Of a stretch of DNA of 64,000 nucleotides, positions 59,815 through 64,000 are shown piece after piece. The number at the start of each line of letters is the position of its first letter. The stretch's first letter is position 1. Under the pieces are notes generated by a model. It was given only the letters and a program-made list of their open reading frames with translations. It was not told the origin of the DNA and searched no databases. A program made the translations under genes and the position numbers. Source of the DNA: a virus; the IMG/VR virus record IMGVR_UViG_3300010354_000046, positions 64,001-128,000 of that record. The stretch is one strand, 5' to 3'.

Positions 59815-59827
59815 TCGGAATTTGGTT

Positions 59828-62800
59828 TTAACCTAGGATCACTGCCCAAAGATTCATAATTTCGTCTACCTGCTCTTCTGAGGCAGCGCCGCTGGACCCA
59901 ATTGCTGGAATCCAAGTAGTGTTATTAAAAACTTCTAGATATTCAAGCTCTGTATTATATCTAACTTCTCCAAGTTCAGGAGTTAGGCGCCGACCTGAAC
60001 TATCTCCTGCTGGGAACACCACTGCGTTTACACCGTTAAATTTAACGTACCCTTGTCCTGTTGTTGCTAGTGTTATGGCTCCTGAACTTAAATTATTAAA
60101 ATATACATCATCAATAGTGATATTATTAATGTTAGTGATACCTGTATCCGGTGATAAAAATAAATCTAGTGAATTTAATTTTTGTATGTTGTTGGAAATA
60201 TCAATATTTCCAACGTGCCAGCCAGTTGAATAAAATTTAGTAGCGTCAATGGATGCGTGTACACTTCCAGTTATTCCAAATCGAATAGTATTGTCCGATG
60301 CACCTGGTGTTAGTTCTGCTGTGACAAATGTTGAGTTTACAGCGCCAAATGTAATTGTTGACCCAGTTAATATATTACCGCTAATTGGTTTACTAAGTGT
60401 GACACTTGTACTGGTTTTTGAAGAAATAACTGTTCCTGGTTGTATATTTACTGCGGTCACTGCTTGTCCTACTTGAAGACCGCTGATAAATGTAAAATTT
60501 AATACAACAGGACCAAATGTAACTAGGCCCGTTGCCGAAGTTGCGGCAGGAGTATCCAATGTTATAATACTTCCTACAATGTTTATTATTGTAGAGCCTG
60601 CTACCAGCCCAGGGCCAGAAACTACTTTATAACCAATTGACAACCCAGCGGTACTAATAACTTGTATATCCGCTAGTCCTGCTGTCACAGACAATGTGCC
60701 GACTGCAAGAGTAGTTTTTGTTGTAGTAGTTATAAAACTAGCATTAGATGTATTATAACTGTAAACACTATTAAAACTAACTAGTCCGTTAGGAGCATAC
60801 CCTTCATATCTATTATAGACATTATTAAAACGGATTTCTCCAATATTTTCTATTGTTTTATTAGAATTTGAACCTACTGGAATCTTAACTGCTTTTGTAG
60901 AACTTACTGAAGTATTTCCAGTACCATTGGGTGTTAGTATGATAGATTTTTGTTGGGTTGTAGTAGCTGCTGACCAATTGTTTAAAATTTCGTTGTTTGA
61001 AAATTTAATTTTTTCAACATTAACATTGCCCGTACCATTTGCACTAAAAATTAAATTTTGATCCGTCGCTTGATTAGAAATTATATTGTTATATAGGCGT
61101 ATATTAGGAACTTCAAAATAACTAGTATTCCCTGTTATTGTTATGTTATTATTTGAAAATAATCCTATGATATCGGTGTTGCCTGTTTGATTTATATTCC
61201 CGGTTAATAAAACATTTCCTGAAATATCGACATCTTGTAAACTAGTTATTCCTGAAGATACTGTAAACTGATTGTCAACTGTTAAGTTATTATCTATTTG
61301 TAAATTATTAGATGGAAATTTAATCTTACCAATTCCGTTTGCTAAAAATTCTAAATCAGTATTTGTTGTTTTAGTTGTAATTTCATTAGAAGTTATTTCG
61401 GTGATTCCGTCAATATTAAACAAGTTAGAATACATTGTATTCCATCGTTTTGATAATGAACCTAAGTAATATTGATCATTAATCCCGGGATAAAAATCCT
61501 GGGTAAAATGCGAAACAAAAGAAACAATGTCAAAATTATTAGAACCGAATGTTATATCTCCGTTCAGTATTAAATCCCCGCTTGTTTCTAAACTTTCAGC
61601 AAGATTTAAATTTGTATTAAGATATGTGCTGGCAGCACCCCCATAAGCTAAGAAGTTAACTGGGCCAGTAATGGATCCAATAGTATTATCATATATTCTT
61701 ATATTTCCTGTCTGTACAAATTGTTCATTAATAATAGTTGAGCTAGTAGGACCTTCTAATGTAATATTACCGCCAGAAATAATATTAATACTCTGTGCAT
61801 CAAAAGCTATCCTTCCAGTTTCTTGACTTACATAAAATATACTGCCTACCCGTATGTCGCCGAGTTGATCTGTACTTTCAAAGTACATGTGGCCGCTATT
61901 AAGTTCTATTATTTCATTTGCTTGAATAGTTAACGATGGATCGTTGGTTAAATCTTTGCCGTTGCCAATATATCCAAAATTGTGAGCCATAATATAGCCC
62001 AAACATTCGTCACCATCAGCCACTGCACCGTATAAACCGTACACGTTAGCACTATTAATACTTCTTAATTCGGCACCAAATATTAATCCTTGATTATAAC
62101 GGCCTGCTGTTCCGTTTAACAAATATAGGCCACGGCGGGCAAAATAAGTAAAACTGTTAAGCCATTCACACCTTACACCATTTAAGCAAGTTAATGCATC
62201 TTGTGATGGCGTAATAAATGTTACCGAGTAAAACAACATTGTTGGAATTTGTGTGCTTGTTGGATCAGCAACACTACCGTCTACATATGCTCCTGCTCCA
62301 GCATCTCCAGCATCGTACCCATACGGATCTGATATAGATGTAGTGCTACCGACTGTCCTAACCGTGATGTTATTAATATAAGGACTTCTAAAATTTGTTT
62401 TAAAATTATTAGCAAATCTAAATGCGTAACCTTTGTTGTTTACACTATCAAAAAAGAAATCTGTAACACTAAGATGTTCAATCATAGTGTCACCGTTTAC
62501 TAAAAATGCATCGTTATTATTAGTTGCAAGAGTTGGTTTAATCGTTACTGCACGGATACCAGCGCCTCTTACAGTTACTCCTTGAGGAACAGTTAACGGA
62601 AATTCTTCGTAGTATGTTCCTGGAAATATGACAATTGTATCACCGTTTGTTGCTGTTGTTAGGGCTGCTTTTAATGTTGCAAAAGTTGACTGAGAGTGGT
62701 TACCATAATTATCGTCGTCACCATTAACACTAACATAATATGTATTTCCGGCTGTTAACAGCATATCAATGCCGTCAATTGTTAGACTACTAGTGTTTAT

Positions 62801-63556
62801 TGTAACTGCTTGAACATCATATGTGTATAAATTATTCCATTGTTGTGCAAGAGAACCTAAATCATATTCATTGTCAAGGTCTGGAATAATATGGCTATTA
62901 ATATCTGCTTGGAAATCAACATTATCATTATTATTGTTTCCAAATATAATATTACCGTCCCACGTTACATTTCCTGTAGCATGTAGAGACCCGGTTACAT
63001 TAACACGATTAGTATTGAATTCTACTTTACCTGTTCCGTTAGGACTTAATTCAATATCACTGTCAGCAATTAAATTTTTAATTAATTGGTCAGTTATTTT
63101 AAGGTTGTCTGTAGTTAACGCTGGGGCTCTGGTTATACCTACAGATCCGTATGGTGATGAATTTCCTCCATCTGCTGTTAGTGTAAATGTTAATGTCCCG
63201 GCGCTGCCGCCGTCTGCATCATCTACAAAGGATATAGTGCCGGATACTCCTCCATCAATTATTCCGTCTAAACTCTGACCCGATGGTTGGATATATATTG
63301 GTCCTAAAAGATTTTGAATTTCGTTTGTATGAATATCAAAATCTGGTACTGTAAACCAATTATCGACAATTAAATTAGTTGTTAAGGTTTTGCCGTTGAT
63401 ATCAAGTAAACGGCCAGAAGAGCTGGTTTGAATACCGACTCGTTGATTGTTTACATCTATGTAAAGGAGATCTGTTTCAAAGGCAAGATCTATTCCGTGC
63501 CGAATGAGGTTGTCTGAAAGCAGTGGGCCGCTTATTCTGCCTAATTCAACTCCCAT
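59828..63556 (-). CDS. Tail fibre/virion protein, paralog of 55664..59710
   Basis: GRISGPLL...AFETDLLYID, EWLNSF.YFA, GEVRYNT...EVFN; no LamG-like domain. Confidence 0.82.
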   Translation of the reverse strand: MGVELGRISGPLLSDNLIRHGIDLAFETDLLYIDVNNQRVGIQTSSSGRLLDINGKTLTTNLIVDNWFTVPDFDIHTNEIQNLLGPIYIQPSGQSLDGIIDGGVSGTISFVDDADGGSAGTLTFTLTADGGNSSPYGSVGITRAPALTTDNLKITDQLIKNLIADSDIELSPNGTGKVEFNTNRVNVTGSLHATGNVTWDGNIIFGNNNNDNVDFQADINSHIIPDLDNEYDLGSLAQQWNNLYTYDVQAVTINTSSLTIDGIDMLLTAGNTYYVSVNGDDDNYGNHSQSTFATLKAALTTATNGDTIVIFPGTYYEEFPLTVPQGVTVRGAGIRAVTIKPTLATNNNDAFLVNGDTMIEHLSVTDFFFDSVNNKGYAFRFANNFKTNFRSPYINNITVRTVGSTTSISDPYGYDAGDAGAGAYVDGSVADPTSTQIPTMLFYSVTFITPSQDALTCLNGVRCEWLNSFTYFARRGLYLLNGTAGRYNQGLIFGAELRSINSANVYGLYGAVADGDECLGYIMAHNFGYIGNGKDLTNDPSLTIQANEIIELNSGHMYFESTDQLGDIRVGSIFYVSQETGRIAFDAQSINIISGGNITLEGPTSSTIINEQFVQTGNIRIYDNTIGSITGPVNFLAYGGAASTYLNTNLNLAESLETSGDLILNGDITFGSNNFDIVSFVSHFTQDFYPGINDQYYLGSLSKRWNTMYSNLFNIDGITEITSNEITTKTTNTDLEFLANGIGKIKFPSNNLQIDNNLTVDNQFTVSSGITSLQDVDISGNVLLTGNINQTGNTDIIGLFSNNNITITGNTSYFEVPNIRLYNNIISNQATDQNLIFSANGTGNVNVEKIKFSNNEILNNWSAATTTQQKSIILTPNGTGNTSVSSTKAVKIPVGSNSNKTIENIGEIRFNNVYNRYEGYAPNGLVSFNSVYSYNTSNASFITTTTKTTLAVGTLSVTAGLADIQVISTAGLSIGYKVVSGPGLVAGSTIINIVGSIITLDTPAATSATGLVTFGPVVLNFTFISGLQVGQAVTAVNIQPGTVISSKTSTSVTLSKPISGNILTGSTITFGAVNSTFVTAELTPGASDNTIRFGITGSVHASIDATKFYSTGWHVGNIDISNNIQKLNSLDLFLSPDTGITNINNITIDDVYFNNLSSGAITLATTGQGYVKFNGVNAVVFPAGDSSGRRLTPELGEVRYNTELEYLEVFNNTTWIPAIGSSGAASEEQVDEIMNLWAVILG

Positions 63557-63565
63557 GCTTGCTCC

Positions 63566-64000
63566 TTATTGATCAAAGCCGTGTAATACTGTTATTGGCT
63601 GAGTAATCATTCCCGAGTAGTTTGGATCAGAAGTAAAATTCAAATAGTATCCATCGTTTTTAGCGAAAGTTAACGACGTACCGCTGTTAATAGTACCCGT
63701 GATGGCATTACTTAATGTTACTTGTGTTCCGCTTGTCACGGTTACTGTAGTTCCGACTGGAATATTTGCACTTCCAGTGACTATAGAGCCTTGAGCAATT
63801 GTTGTTGTGCTGGCAAAATCTAGTGTAGTGCCTGTGCTTACCGTTGTAGTTGTTGCTAGGACAGTATTAGGATTTTGTGTTAATACATAATTTGTGTTAT
63901 AAATTTGAAATACATTGCCAATTAACACAATTATATTTTGACCGTTCCATGCAACATTGGTGCCACCTAGTCCTGTTTGAACTTGAGTTGGAGGTGCAGG
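63566..64000 (-). CDS. Virion structural protein (partial, begins beyond the right edge)
   Basis: Frame is open from 64000 (PAPPTQVQTG...QNIIVLIGNVFQ); ends ITVLHGFDQ. Confidence 0.7.
   Translation of the reverse strand, partial: PAPPTQVQTGLGGTNVAWNGQNIIVLIGNVFQIYNTNYVLTQNPNTVLATTTTVSTGTTLDFASTTTIAQGSIVTGSANIPVGTTVTVTSGTQVTLSNAITGTINSGTSLTFAKNDGYYLNFTSDPNYSGMITQPITVLHGFDQ

Noticed and set aside
35221-63278. Many 60-150 aa plus-strand ORFs
   Set aside because: Antisense shadows of Thr/Gly/Val-rich fibre genes; no RBS and no recognisable motifs.
34062-64000. Diversity-generating retroelement or invertible fibre cassette
   Set aside because: No reverse transcriptase, invertase or near-identical TR/VR nucleotide repeats were seen.
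1-64000. tRNA, CRISPR array, introns/inteins, stop-codon recoding
   Set aside because: None recognised by eye. Core genes are full-length in the standard code, and TerL and UvsX are normal sized. tRNAscan-type searches were not run.

Overview
64 kb of a large, AT-rich, T4-related (probably jumbo) myovirus genome; the host cannot be inferred from this window. From left to right: a recombination module (UvsY, UvsX, gp32-like SSB); head and packaging genes (probable core/internal proteins, TerL, TerS, gp4); tail tube, tube-like and sheath genes; an HNH gene; a dNMP kinase; neck and tail-completion genes (gp13/14/15-like); and a NUDIX hydrolase. Next comes a 12.8 kb divergently transcribed island of 13 genes: 4 flavin-dependent tryptophan-halogenase-like proteins, 6 2OG-Fe(II) oxygenases, a NodU/CmcH carbamoyltransferase, a GT9-like glycosyltransferase and one unknown. 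The island is bounded by a 9-bp direct repeat. It abuts a tail-fibre chaperone and a Cys/Gly-rich fibre gene, followed by about 30 kb of giant paralogous virion (fibre/baseplate) genes. Best candidate novel system: a phage-encoded halogenation/hydroxylation/carbamoylation/glycosylation cassette, possibly decorating virion fibres. Other notable signals are TAAATA late promoters that predict leaderless mRNAs, hairpins overlapping sigma70-like promoters, T4-like capsid-targeting N-termini and a structured ~100 nt leader. All calls come from motif recognition by eye; no database searches were run.
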